Assembly (NCBI GenBank): GCA_965233865.1
Contig: OZ247587.1
Span: forward strand, 352,001-416,000
Direction of reading: 5' to 3'
Source: Candidatus Neptunichlamydia sp.
Lineage (GTDB): Bacteria; Chlamydiota; Chlamydiia; Chlamydiales; Simkaniaceae
Length of the DNA: 64,000 nt
The notes beneath the pieces were generated by a model. That model was not told the DNA's origin and did not search any database. It was given only the letters and a program-made list of their open reading frames with translations. Both the position numbers and the translations under genes were made by a program. Within the stretch, counting starts at the first letter, position 1. Every line of letters begins with the position of its first letter. Below, one piece after another: positions 1 to 10,781 of this stretch.

Positions 1-2455
1 CTGTGATAGGTATCAGATTCTTGTAATGGCACAAGCATTTTGGAATGGAAACGACCCTATTTTGAAAGAAAGACTATATGGATTAGGAACGAATAAAGCC
101 AATCATGGTGAAGATGTTAAAGAATATTACTATTATCTTGACTCCCTTCCAAGCCATGCCTACATGCGTTATCTCTATAAGTACCCCTGTGGTGAGTTCC
201 CTTATGAGGAGCTTGCTAAGGAGAATCAAAACCGCCATATTGAAGACCGGGAATTCGAGCTTCTAGATACCGGAATTTTCAAAGATAATCGATACTTTGA
301 TATTACCATCGAATACGCAAAAGCTGGAAAAAATGATATCTGCGTGAAGATTGAGATACAGAATCGAAGTGCTATGGAAGAGTCGATTCATGTGATTCCC
401 CAATTGATCTTTCGGAATACATGGGGATGGAGCAATGAAAAGCTTCCAGAGCCGATCCTTAAGAGGAGTGATCACGAGCCCATAAATGCTCATTGTATCG
501 AGGCAGATGATTCGATGACGACTCCTCCAGCGCGTCTGAGTTTTGACTATCACCTAGGGAAACGCTATTTTTATGCGGATGAGAGAGCAGAGGTTCTCTT
601 TACCGATAATGAAACCAATCGTGAACATTTGTATAACGAAAAGAACACCCGCCCCTATACCAAAGACGCTTTTCATCGCTACATCGTCATGGGGGAGAAA
701 GATAAAGTTAGTCCCAAAGAGGCGGGGACAAAAGCGTGCTTTTATTTTCGAGACTTGAAAATTCCTGCAGGGGGATCTGAATCCCTTTACCTTCGCCTTT
801 CAAACATGGAATACTCGCACCCTCTAACGGGGGTTGAAGAGATTATTCATAATCGCAAGGCACAAGCTGATGAGTACTATGACAGGATTCATCCCAAAGG
901 GATCAGCGATGAGGAAAAACTCATCCAGCGGCAAGCCCTTGCGGGAATGTTATGGAGCAAGCAAATTTATCTCTATGATGTGAATCTGTGGCTTCGTGGA
1001 GATGATCCTAAAAAGCTTCCTCCAGACTTAAGAAAAAACATTAGGAATACTCACTGGAAACATCTCATTTCTAAACGGATTTTATCTATGCCCGACAAAT
1101 GGGAATATCCTTGGTTTGCGGCTTGGGATCTTGCCTTTCATTGCATTTCCTTCGCACTTGTTGATATGGACTTTGCAAAGGAGCAACTCTGGTTTCTTTT
1201 ATTCGATCAATTTCAGCACCCCAATGGACAAGTTCCTGCCTACGAGTGGGAGTTTTCAGACCTTAACCCCCCGGTGCAAGGGTGGGCAGCTCTTCGTCTT
1301 TTTTATATGGAAGAGGCGAAGACAGGAAAGCGAGATATTGACTTTCTGAAAAAATGTTTTCACAAGCTCCTTCTGAATTTTGTATGGTGGGTCAATAAAG
1401 TCGATGCTAAAGGAAGCAATGTTTTTGAAGGGGGATTTCTTGGGATGGATAACATCACCGTTATCGACAGAAGTCAAGCGATTCCTGGAGGGGGTAAGCT
1501 CGAACAATCGGACGGAACAGGATGGATGGGATTCTTTTGTCTCAATCTCATGCGTATGGCCCTTGAGCTCTCGAAAAAAGATTCCGTTTATGAAGGAATG
1601 GCCATTAAATTTTACGAACATTTTGTCTATATTTCCAACGCCTTAGTCAATGCAGAAAATCGAGAAGTTCAAAATTGGGATGAGAAAGATGGCTTTTTCT
1701 ATGATGTTCTCAGTAGAAGTGAAACAAACGATCATGTGCGTATTAAGGTCCGTTCAATGGTGGGGCTAATCCCTCTTTATGCAGTGGATTGCATCACTTC
1801 TAAGGATCTTGAAGATTTTAAGGAATTTGCTGAAAGCTTTAAGTGGTTTTCTAAAAACAGAACCGATCTCTGTAAACACTGCGTGACTCCCATTGAAGAA
1901 GATGGAAAGACAAAATATGTCCTCACCCTCATGGAAATGGATAAGGTAAAAAAAGTGCTTGAGAAAGCATGGGATCCCAAGGAATTCCGCTCTGAATATG
2001 GTCTTCGGTCTCTCTCTAAATTTCATGAAAAAAAACCTTACGAACTTTTAGGTCATCGGATTAAATATGAGCCTGCTGAGGCGGAATCAATCCTTATGGG
2101 AGGTAACTCAAACTGGCGAGGTCCTCTCTGGTTCCCCACGTCCTTTCTTTTTATCGAAGCCCTTAAAAATCTTCATACACATACCGGTGATCTTATTAAA
2201 ATCGATGGAAAAAACCCTTATGATATGGCTAACTATTTTGCACATGCCATGATCAACCTCTTTAAGAAGGGGGCTGATGGCAATCGCCCTATCTATGGTG
2301 ATTATGAACTTTTCCAAACGGATCCTCACTTTCAAGATCTCATTCTTTTCTATGAGCATTTTCACGGCGATACTGGTCGAGGTCTGGGCGCTTCACACCA
2401 AACTGGATGGACAGGTTTAGTCGCTAATCTCATTGATGAATGGTGTGGGCACTAA
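1..2455 (+). CDS. Glycoside hydrolase family 63-like (MGH1/glucosidase-type) protein, 5' end outside window
   Basis: Motifs WNGNDPILKERLYGL, NHGEDVKE, MPDKWEYPWFAAWDLAFH, GGNSNWRGPLW, GLGASHQTGWTGLVA. Frame stays open upstream of the ATG at 26 to the window edge (CDRYQILVMAQ...). Confidence 0.85.
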   Translation, partial: CDRYQILVMAQAFWNGNDPILKERLYGLGTNKANHGEDVKEYYYYLDSLPSHAYMRYLYKYPCGEFPYEELAKENQNRHIEDREFELLDTGIFKDNRYFDITIEYAKAGKNDICVKIEIQNRSAMEESIHVIPQLIFRNTWGWSNEKLPEPILKRSDHEPINAHCIEADDSMTTPPARLSFDYHLGKRYFYADERAEVLFTDNETNREHLYNEKNTRPYTKDAFHRYIVMGEKDKVSPKEAGTKACFYFRDLKIPAGGSESLYLRLSNMEYSHPLTGVEEIIHNRKAQADEYYDRIHPKGISDEEKLIQRQALAGMLWSKQIYLYDVNLWLRGDDPKKLPPDLRKNIRNTHWKHLISKRILSMPDKWEYPWFAAWDLAFHCISFALVDMDFAKEQLWFLLFDQFQHPNGQVPAYEWEFSDLNPPVQGWAALRLFYMEEAKTGKRDIDFLKKCFHKLLLNFVWWVNKVDAKGSNVFEGGFLGMDNITVIDRSQAIPGGGKLEQSDGTGWMGFFCLNLMRMALELSKKDSVYEGMAIKFYEHFVYISNALVNAENREVQNWDEKDGFFYDVLSRSETNDHVRIKVRSMVGLIPLYAVDCITSKDLEDFKEFAESFKWFSKNRTDLCKHCVTPIEEDGKTKYVLTLMEMDKVKKVLEKAWDPKEFRSEYGLRSLSKFHEKKPYELLGHRIKYEPAEAESILMGGNSNWRGPLWFPTSFLFIEALKNLHTHTGDLIKIDGKNPYDMANYFAHAMINLFKKGADGNRPIYGDYELFQTDPHFQDLILFYEHFHGDTGRGLGASHQTGWTGLVANLIDEWCGH

Positions 2456-2464
2456 TAAGTAGGG

Positions 2465-2672
2465 CGTTTGAATCGATTTTAATAAGATATTTTTCTAGAA
2501 TCTGTATAGATTCACCACTGATTATTTCAATAGTATATGATCATTCACTCCCGATACAATCATAGGCAGTAGCAGCAGCTTCTGAATCTATGCCAATCTC
2601 CGAAGGGTAATACTTCCCCGGTGCATCTTTTGAAATCTTTATTGTTTCTCCACAAATTAAAGAATGACGAAG
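2465..2672 (-). pseudogene. Decayed small hypothetical gene remnant
   Basis: Minus-strand frame reads ...GETIKISKDAPGKYYPSEIGIDSEAAATAYDCIGSE*SYTIEIISGESIQILEKYLIKID with one internal stop and no clear start. Confidence 0.3.
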
Positions 2673-2674
2673 CA

Positions 2675-4034
2675 CTAGCTGTCATGGGCGTGGATCAGAG
2701 ATTTAATAGAAGCGGGATTGAGAAGGGACCCAAGGATTCCTGACCCGAAAATGAGGGGGATTCCCTAAAGGACCCAATGCCAGGTATAAAATCCTTTTTC
2801 ACCAAAGTAGAGGAAAGAAAAAAGTCCCCAGGAAAAACCGACGATGTTACTGAGTATTGCGCCTGTCATTGAGGCTTTCTTCCAGTAAAATCCCGCAAGC
2901 AGCGCAAAGGAGAGGGCTACGATGGGGATGTTTGCGAGAATGAGTTTATCAAGGATTTTATCAACAAGGGTGCTTCCAAGTACGTAGGAGATGGCAGCAA
3001 AGAGCAGGGTTAGAAGAAGTCCCTGTTTGTAGTTTTTGTTGGAACGGCCAAAGTCTGTAATGACCATTGAGCTCATGGCACTCCATACGCTAGCAAGAGT
3101 TGTTCCTGAAATTATAAAGAGCGTGGCATAGGCAACTCCTTTAAGTCCTACAGGAAAATAGAGGTTGATAATCGCAGGGATTGCCATGCCTGGAGAAGAA
3201 ATAATCGCGCCACTTGCCTTGAGATAGGCAGTGGAAAGTACTCCAATTCCATAAAAGATGAAGACAAAAATGGCCGCAAGAATCACCGCTGAAAAAGCAA
3301 CACGCTTTGATTTAGCAGAGAATATTTTCTGTCCATATCAAGGAGCGAGGATATAGGTGAACATTGTCAGGATCACTAGAGAAATAATAAAGCGGTAGGG
3401 GAGAAGGTCTGGAATATTCTGGATTTCAGAAACTCCAGCATCCCGTTTTGTATAGAAAAGAAAAAGAGGAAATATGAGGCAGATGAGCAGAAAGGATGTC
3501 ATGTCTGTTCGGATGATTACGATCAGTCCTCCCCGTAGGGTCATGATAAGAATGATAAGAACGAGATAACCACTTAGAATCCATGCATTCTACTTGGAAA
3601 AGACAGGGGAGAAGATCAAAGTCACTGATTTCACATATGTGGCTGTAAACCCCATCATCGATCCAATTAAAAAAATGGATGCGAGTTGAGCGAAAGGCTT
3701 CCCGTAGCGCTCTCTTAATAGAGCCGTCACCGAGGAGGCATTGAGTTCCTTATATTTTTTCGCGACGCTCAAGCCATAAAATACGAGTCCAATCAGGAAG
3801 ATAAGAGGAAAGAAAAGGGCGCTGGAGGCCCACAACATAGCCAAGCCCTGCAAAGGCAAGGAGGGTTGCTGTGTTGAGCTCTGTCATGATAAGCGTGCAA
3901 GTCAGTCCAAGGAGACCGCACTTCCTCTCGGCAAAAAGATAACTTTCTTCAGATTGGATCTTTCTGTTTTTGGCAATGCCAATAATGACAAATAGGGCAA
4001 GAATAGCAATGAAGACCCTAGCGTCAGGGCTCAT
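2675..4034 (-). pseudogene. Sodium:solute symporter (SSS) family, fragmented
   Basis: Four consecutive hydrophobic ORF pieces (3750-4034, 3590-3859, 3338-3544, 2765-3286) with SSS-like ESYLFAERK, LLRERYG, LRGGL and LAGFYWKKASMTGA. Frameshifts present, and a TAG at 2765 interrupts WVL*GIPLIFG; the frame continues to a stop at 2675. Confidence 0.8.
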
Positions 4035-5875
4035 TCGACAGTCACTGACTTTGCAAGGTTGCGGGGTTGATCAATATCAGTTCCTCGCAATAGCGCAATG
4101 TAGTAAGCGAAGAGTTGTCCGGCAATGGAGTATAGGACCGAGGCTAAGGGATCGATAGTCTTAGGGATCCACAAAACGTCTTTGGTGATCGTGAGAGCTT
4201 CTTCTTTTCCTTTCGGAGCAAAGATTAAGATTTTTCCTCCACGGGCTTTGACTTCCATTAAGTTGTTCATCACCTTATCGAAGGTTTGCAGATTTCCACA
4301 AAGCCCGACGACTGCAAGCTCTGAGTTGACAAGTGCAATTGGCCCATGTTTCATCTCGCCCGCCGGATAGCCGTTGGCGTTGAGATAACTAATTTCTTTG
4401 AGCTTTAATGCTGCCTCGAGACTCGTAGGGTACATATAACGTCGCCCCATAAAGAAAAAGTGCTCAAACTTGGCATATTTTTCGGCAAAGGCTTCAATTT
4501 GCGACCCTTGTGCGAGAACCTGAGTAATCTTTGTCGGAAGGTGTTTGAGTTCTTTAAGGAATTGTTGACCCTCCTCTTTACTTAGATGGCGGAGGCGAGC
4601 CATGTAAAGGGTGAACAGAGCTAAAACAGTGAGTTGACTCGTAAAAGCTTTTGTCGAACAGACGCTTACTTCAGGCCCAGCCTTTAGAAATAAGGTCGAG
4701 TCGGCTTCTCTGACAAGGGTGGAGTTGTCGACGTTGCAAATGGCAACGACTTTTGCTCCTTTTGCTTTTGCCTCGCGTACAGCAGCAATGGTATCTGCTG
4801 TCTCACCTGACTGGCTAAGCGCAATTACAAGAGTATCTTCAGAGATAATGGGGTTGGTATAGCGGAATTCCGAGGCAATTGCGGTCTCTGTGGGAATTCG
4901 TGCTAGATGCTCAAACATGGATGCTGCAATCGAACCCGCATGCCACGATGTTCCACATGCCAAGATAAGGATTCTTTTAATGGATTGAAGACGGTGGGGT
5001 GAGAGGGTCAGTTCCTCAAACTCTGCCGTACCAAACTCTTCCCTGCATCGATCTAGCATTGACTGCTGCACGGTTTGAGGTTGCTCGAAGATTTCTTTGA
5101 GCATATAGTGATCATAGCCATTTTTTGAAATAGCTTCTCCTTGAAACTCAACTCTCTTCATCTCCTTGTGAATCTTTTTTCCTTGAGAGCTATAAAGGGT
5201 AAAATGGTTATGTTTGAGAACAGCAATTTCATCATCTTTTAAATAGAGGACATCGAGCACTTTCCCATTGAAGGAGTTTGCATCTGAGGAGAGGTAGGCC
5301 TCGCCATTTGAGGGGTCAATTCCTACAACAAGGGGACTTTCCCTTGAGGCACCAATCATTTCATCGGGATGGTCTTTGTGGATAACGGCAATCGCAAAAG
5401 AACCGTGAAGCTCTTTCATTGTTTTTTGAACAGCCTGTCGCAGTGTTCCTTGATAGTGGTGAGAAATAAGGGCAGCAATCACTTCAGTGTCTGTATCAGA
5501 GCTGAAAATCACCCCTTTTGCAATGAGTCTATTACGGATAGCATTGTGATTTTCAATGATTCCATTGTGGACAAGAGCGAGGGTTTCATATTGGTCGAGG
5601 TGAGGATGAGCATTTTCTTCATTAGGGATGCCATGGGTTGCCCATCTGGTATGAGCAATTGTCGTGTTCAGCCTAATTTTTTCGCTTGAAACAGCTTTTT
5701 GAAGTGCATTGATTTTTCCGGCTCGTTTGCAAGAGCGAATTTTTCCGTCAATAATACCTGCAATTCCCGAGGAATCGTATCCTCGATATTCCAATAGCTT
5801 AAGCCCATCGATGCAAACATCGACGGGACTCTTTTCACTCGTTGAAGATCGGATGTACCCAAAAATTCCACACAT
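4031..5875 (-). CDS. glmS: Glutamine--fructose-6-phosphate aminotransferase
   Basis: N-terminal MCGIFG, LEYRGYDSSG, HTRWATHG, SQSGETADT, C-terminal PRNLAKSVTVE. Confidence 0.98.
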   Translation of the reverse strand: MCGIFGYIRSSTSEKSPVDVCIDGLKLLEYRGYDSSGIAGIIDGKIRSCKRAGKINALQKAVSSEKIRLNTTIAHTRWATHGIPNEENAHPHLDQYETLALVHNGIIENHNAIRNRLIAKGVIFSSDTDTEVIAALISHHYQGTLRQAVQKTMKELHGSFAIAVIHKDHPDEMIGASRESPLVVGIDPSNGEAYLSSDANSFNGKVLDVLYLKDDEIAVLKHNHFTLYSSQGKKIHKEMKRVEFQGEAISKNGYDHYMLKEIFEQPQTVQQSMLDRCREEFGTAEFEELTLSPHRLQSIKRILILACGTSWHAGSIAASMFEHLARIPTETAIASEFRYTNPIISEDTLVIALSQSGETADTIAAVREAKAKGAKVVAICNVDNSTLVREADSTLFLKAGPEVSVCSTKAFTSQLTVLALFTLYMARLRHLSKEEGQQFLKELKHLPTKITQVLAQGSQIEAFAEKYAKFEHFFFMGRRYMYPTSLEAALKLKEISYLNANGYPAGEMKHGPIALVNSELAVVGLCGNLQTFDKVMNNLMEVKARGGKILIFAPKGKEEALTITKDVLWIPKTIDPLASVLYSIAGQLFAYYIALLRGTDIDQPRNLAKSVTVE

Positions 5876-5879
5876 GGCA

Positions 5880-6632
5880 TTACTTTAGCGTAAGAGTTCC
5901 TTCAAGAGCAAGAAAAAGGGGAAATTCTTTGCGCGCTCTATTTTCCATTTTTGCCTTCCCTCCGCTTGATGTTTTTGTTGAGAACCATTCCTCAAGCCGC
6001 GTAATGGAAAATCCTGCTTTCACCATCCACTCTACATAGGTGGATAAAGGGTTATGATAGGAGAAGGTTTTTTCTGACTTCTCCTTTTTGCTAGGGTGCA
6101 TTTGAATGGGAATCTCGAGTGGAGAGAGATAGCGATCCACCCGCCGGTATTGGAGCTTCTTATTCTCATCGATTCCCCAGCTTGATTGCCTCGGGATCCG
6201 ATAGCAAGGATGATTAAGAATTACGATGAATTTGCCTCCCTCCCTTAGATGGCGCGCTCCATTTTTAACAGCCTCTTCTCCCTTCTCCATATTTTGAAGC
6301 GAGAGGATCATAAATGCATGGCTAAAATCTTCCTTAGATATTTTTAGAGGTTTTGTGGCATCTCTAATCTGAAACTTATGGCCTGAATATCCCTTGGCTT
6401 TTTGAACAAGGGGCTTTGCTAAATCTAGCCCTAGATAGGAGACTTTTTCTGGGATCTGCCTCGCTAAAATGCCCTGACCACAGCCAAGATCTAGTACCGA
6501 GTCTCGATCGTTGAAAGAAAGCCACTTTTTTAGTGCAGGAAAGATCACTTCTTGGTGATAGGTATGTCCCCCTTTCGAGACAATATCATCGTACCATTTC
6601 CCAACCTGTTTCCAAGACGTATCATTCTTCAT
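5880..6632 (-). CDS. Class I SAM-dependent methyltransferase
   Basis: VLDLGCGQG motif I; ATG at 6632 preferred over the upstream alternative start. Confidence 0.85.
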   Translation of the reverse strand: MKNDTSWKQVGKWYDDIVSKGGHTYHQEVIFPALKKWLSFNDRDSVLDLGCGQGILARQIPEKVSYLGLDLAKPLVQKAKGYSGHKFQIRDATKPLKISKEDFSHAFMILSLQNMEKGEEAVKNGARHLREGGKFIVILNHPCYRIPRQSSWGIDENKKLQYRRVDRYLSPLEIPIQMHPSKKEKSEKTFSYHNPLSTYVEWMVKAGFSITRLEEWFSTKTSSGGKAKMENRARKEFPLFLALEGTLTLK

Positions 6633-6679
6633 AACAGCAGAGTTTACGTTATTGACTTTTATCACGAAAGAAGTAATCT

Positions 6680-7666
6680 ATGGGCATGTCAGAAAAAGAT
6701 TTGAATAAGCCACTTCGAGATTTCATTGTTCCAGTCCGAACTACGATTCATGTGGAACATACAGTGGAGGAAGCCCTCCGCTATCTTCGCGATAAACGCA
6801 TTACTGACGAGATTATTTATATTTATGTGGTTGATGAAGAAAGAAAGCTCATTGGCGTCGTTCCAACTCGCCGCCTTCTATTAACTAAGCCTCAAACTCC
6901 CATTAGAGATTTAATGGGGACACACCTTATTAGCTTAAGAGGGGACCAAACTCTTCAGGAAGCAATGGAGTTTTTGGAAACCCATCACCTTCTGGCTCTC
7001 CCTGTAGTGGATGATAAAAATCATCTTCTTGGAGTAATTGATGTGGGCCTCTACTTAGAAGAAAAAATTGATGTGGCTTCATCCCGCCGCCGATCTGATA
7101 TTTTTCAAATGATTGGTATGTACGTCGAAGAAGGTAAAAAGCCTAGTCCCTGGCAAGGATACCGAGCCCGTATGCCATGGATTTTTTGCAATATGTTTGG
7201 AGGTTTTGCCTGCGCTATTATCTCAAGAGTTTTTGAGATTGTCCTTTCGCAAGTCCTTCTTCTGGCAATGTTTATTCCTCTAGTCTTAACCCTTTCTGAA
7301 TCGATTTCTATGCAATCAATGACTCAGAGTATGCAGCTTCTTAAGAAACATAATCGCCGCTGGAGCTACACTATTGGATGCCTTTTGCGTGAATGGCAAG
7401 TCGTTGCTCTTATCGCGATTACATCAGGAATTATCGTTGGTATTGTTTCACTCCTCTGGGGAAATGGAATCACCCCAGGATTCGTCATTATGTTTGGAAT
7501 TATGTGCTCAGTTTATATTACGTCAATAATCGGATCGGCTGTTCCCCTGATTCTTCATGCCCGAAAATGGGACCCCCGCGTTGCTGCAGGGCCTGTTGTT
7601 CTCATGTTTGCGGATGTTATCACCACACTCATCTATCTTTCCTTGGGAACCTGGTGGCTTTTATAG
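6680..7666 (+). CDS. mgtE: Magnesium transporter MgtE (CBS pair + membrane domain)
   Basis: CBS repeats (IYVVDEERKLIGVV, LPVVDDKNHLLGVI), ARMPW, DPRVAAGPVVLMFADV. Confidence 0.9.
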   Translation: MGMSEKDLNKPLRDFIVPVRTTIHVEHTVEEALRYLRDKRITDEIIYIYVVDEERKLIGVVPTRRLLLTKPQTPIRDLMGTHLISLRGDQTLQEAMEFLETHHLLALPVVDDKNHLLGVIDVGLYLEEKIDVASSRRRSDIFQMIGMYVEEGKKPSPWQGYRARMPWIFCNMFGGFACAIISRVFEIVLSQVLLLAMFIPLVLTLSESISMQSMTQSMQLLKKHNRRWSYTIGCLLREWQVVALIAITSGIIVGIVSLLWGNGITPGFVIMFGIMCSVYITSIIGSAVPLILHARKWDPRVAAGPVVLMFADVITTLIYLSLGTWWLL

Positions 7667-7708
7667 TTGCTTTACTTAATTACTGAGAGTTAGAAAGCCC
7701 GTATCAAA

Positions 7709-8099
7709 TTCTCTGAAGAGAGATCTCTTCTTTTTACAAGCCTTGGGATGGTTAAGTGTTTTTTTTATAGCTAATTCTTAGCCGCTTCATGGCACAACGA
7801 ACACCTGAAGGGCTTACATTGAGACGATATGCTCGTTCATAGTTGAAGGCATCAGGGTATTTTTTGATATCCTCCATCAAGCGATCTCTTTCAACCTTTA
7901 TTGCAGGTCTATTTTTAGTGCGCTTTGCTTCTAGCCTCTTAGACCAAAGAAATATGCTATTTACACTTACACCAAAACGTTTTGCTGTCTTGGCAAAACT
8001 TAAATTTTCTGTGCTTCGGATCAGCAGTACCTTTTTTCTAAAATCTAGCGAAATATGTTATTCAAAAAAGTATAACTAAAACGAAATATTTTAGCTATA
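7709..8099 (-). mobile_element. IS630-family fragment (left end + degenerate orfA)
   Basis: About 360 bp nearly identical to 21451-21809. Encodes SLDFRKKVL... and MKRLRISYKKTLNHPKA. Ends in ...TTTTAGCTATA at a TA. Confidence 0.8.
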
Positions 8100-8294
8100 T
8101 AGGTAATATCGCTGACCCATTTAGCATTCTTTTTCTCTGCCGTAAAATTCTGGTTAATCAAGTTCGGCTTCTTCTCTTTTACTACTAACTTCTTTCCTTT
8201 CCATTTCTTTCTTTGAATTTTTTCATTTACTTTTACTCTTCTTTAATTTCGAGAAGTCTATATCATAACTGTCCTATTTTTCGGGGGAAGATCA
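8100..8294 (-). mobile_element. Internally deleted IS3-family remnant (same element as 55975-57173)
   Basis: 8100-8207 matches ~56465-56573; 8211-8294 matches ~57092-57173 including the terminal IR ...CGGGGGAAGATCA. Confidence 0.85.
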
Positions 8295-8513
8295 ATCATC
8301 GTTCTTTATAAGGACGTAGGTTTTTCGGAAGAGCAACTCCATATGATCAAGAAGTTGTATGATATGGTTGAGAATTACGATAGTACTACGGGGGAAAGAG
8401 ATCACAACAACGATGCAATAGGAAAAACGGATGCACAGATAGCAGACGATCCAAAATGGCATGTGATTCGAGACTATGATAAACAGGTTTATAAAGAGTT
8501 AACTAAGGAGTGA
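8295..8513 (+). pseudogene. 3' remnant of a hypothetical gene truncated by the IS3 remnant
   Basis: Open frame begins at the IS terminus: IIVLYKDVGFSEEQLHMIKKLYDMVENYD...TDAQIADDPKWHVIRDYDKQVYKELTKE*. Confidence 0.5.
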
Positions 8514-8560
8514 AATTGGAAAACTAACTTGCTTATTTAGAACCCTTATATGAAGAATTA

Positions 8561-10606
8561 TTATTCTTGTGGGTGTGGTTGTAGATCGTTGATGAATTGA
8601 GTAAAGGCTTCGGTTTCTCTAAGGTTTTCGAGCCAATCATCTTCGATGAGGTCCTCAAGAAAGGGGAGTGCATCGAAAGTTTTTGCTTTTTGCAAAAAGC
8701 GGAAAGAGTTTTTAAGATCCCCTATTAGAGAGTAAAGACAAGCTAGAGCGTAGTAGGCATGGACATTTCCAAGCTTGGCGGCCTGAATCATTTTGTATTC
8801 AGACTCGCGGAGGTACTGATCCGATTCAACGTCATTTTCGAGGAGGTGACCAAGGTTAATGAGGGTTAGCGCCCAGTCGAGAATTACCTGGTCGTTTTCT
8901 TTTTCTTTTTGATTTGCAATTCGATAATGGTGGATCGCTCGCATGAAGATATCTGGTTTGTTAACAAGCTCTGCATAATGACTATAGGTGAGCGCTAGAC
9001 GGTAGTGAATGCGAGAAAACTCTGGACAAAGCATCAGGATATGGTTAAGGATATCAAGGGCTTTAACATAGTGACTATCGCTCTCAATAAATCCCGCAAG
9101 CTGGTCGAGGGCAGATGCGTAGTAGCACATCCAATCGGGATGGAGGTAGGCGGCATTTTTCTGTAAGGCGATAGCCTTTTCAAAGTGGGAAACAGCAAAT
9201 TCTATTGTGGATTGGTCATGGATTAATTCACCATATTTGAGGAGACACATTGCATAATGACTGTGAATTGTACTGTTTTTTTTCAATCCTATGGTTCTTT
9301 CAAAAAAGTGCAGAGAGCGTTCATAACTTTTTTCATCATTGTCTAAAAGAGATGAATCGAAGCTACTTCGGGCAATTGCTGCCCACAAGCGGTCATGTGA
9401 GCGGTCAAGACTCAGCCCTTCTTGAAAGGTTTCTATAGCCTGGTAGTGATAGTCGATGTCTTCGTAATATCTACCAAGGGAGGAATAGCACATGCCGTGA
9501 GCATAGAAAACTTCTGGGTCGTCGAGCTTGTCTATAAAAGGCTCAATTTTATTGAGCGCTTCATGGATAAGTTCCAGCCGTTCAGTTGCACTGCCGAGTT
9601 GGGCTAAAGCACAGGTCCAAGTTGTTATGATATAAGGATTCTCCTTTTCACATCGGTGGGCACGGTTGCACTTGTCAATAGCTGCGCGGAGCTTTTTTTC
9701 GTCATTAAAAGCGGTTCCTGACTCAAGCAATAAGTGGGCCCATTCTAGCCAAATAGCACTGTTTTTTCCAGAGAGTTGAACTGCTGTAGAGAAGCATTCA
9801 TTTGATTGGGAAAAATGATCTTCATCATGAGAGACACTGTAGAGAGCTTTAAGGGCTTTTCCAAGCATGAACCACCCATCTTCCAAGGAAATTGAAATCG
9901 AAACAGCATTTTTATATGCGTTGATTGACTTGACGTAGAAACGGTAATCATTTGTTTTTGTCCCCATAAGCATGGTGACATTGCCAAAGTTAATCCAGAA
10001 TTCAGAAGGAAGGTCTTCTTGGTAAGTTGTTGCTCTTTCATAAGCTTTGATCGCGTAGTGAAGATCAGAGATCTCCCCTGATTTTTGTGCGAGCTTTCCC
10101 CAAATATCCCCAAAATCCCAAAAAAGATCAGCAAGAACATCCGAGGGTTGCCCATCGGCAAGGGAAATCGCTTTCTCATATTTTCTTAAGGCATTTGCAA
10201 AATAGCTGGGTTCTTTTTTGCGGTTTCCAAGAAAAAAGAGGGTGTTTCCCCATAAATGCCATGCTTCAAAACAAGTAGGATTCAGGGTTGTTGCTCTTTT
10301 AAAGCGCTTGCTAGCAAGCGTGAGACCTTCTTCGTTTCCGTCATGACTTCCAAACTCAAAAAGAGATAGTCCTTGTTTTAAAAATAGTTCACTATTTGAG
10401 GGGTTGAGCTTTGCAGCCATATCAAAATAGGCAAGGCCTCCTTTATCTCCATGAAGGAGACGGAATTCCCCCTTTTGAAGCAGGGTTGTAGTGAGCGCAG
10501 AATAGTCCTTATTTTTTAGATCTTCAATAGAAGCTCCAAGATTTTCAGTTTCTTGAGGCGGAAGCTCAAAGCTAGAGGTTTCATTAATATGCTCGATCTT
10601 TGCCAT
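8561..10606 (-). CDS. Tetratricopeptide-repeat protein
   Basis: Repeated TPR-like helices (FEAWHLWGNTLF, EDGWFMLGKAL, HAYYALACLYSLIG); 681 aa. Confidence 0.85.
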   Translation of the reverse strand: MAKIEHINETSSFELPPQETENLGASIEDLKNKDYSALTTTLLQKGEFRLLHGDKGGLAYFDMAAKLNPSNSELFLKQGLSLFEFGSHDGNEEGLTLASKRFKRATTLNPTCFEAWHLWGNTLFFLGNRKKEPSYFANALRKYEKAISLADGQPSDVLADLFWDFGDIWGKLAQKSGEISDLHYAIKAYERATTYQEDLPSEFWINFGNVTMLMGTKTNDYRFYVKSINAYKNAVSISISLEDGWFMLGKALKALYSVSHDEDHFSQSNECFSTAVQLSGKNSAIWLEWAHLLLESGTAFNDEKKLRAAIDKCNRAHRCEKENPYIITTWTCALAQLGSATERLELIHEALNKIEPFIDKLDDPEVFYAHGMCYSSLGRYYEDIDYHYQAIETFQEGLSLDRSHDRLWAAIARSSFDSSLLDNDEKSYERSLHFFERTIGLKKNSTIHSHYAMCLLKYGELIHDQSTIEFAVSHFEKAIALQKNAAYLHPDWMCYYASALDQLAGFIESDSHYVKALDILNHILMLCPEFSRIHYRLALTYSHYAELVNKPDIFMRAIHHYRIANQKEKENDQVILDWALTLINLGHLLENDVESDQYLRESEYKMIQAAKLGNVHAYYALACLYSLIGDLKNSFRFLQKAKTFDALPFLEDLIEDDWLENLRETEAFTQFINDLQPHPQE

Positions 10607-10781
10607 AATATGCCCAATTTAAAGGATGTCGAAAGGGTGATTATAAGAGAGGGGGCTATTTTCGACAATGGGACGATTCGTTAAAAGATAGATTTCAACC
10701 CCATTCACATGATTAAAATTTTAATTGATCACCTCAAAATAAGTGGTTTAAAAAAAAATATTCTTAACGTAAAATTTAACC

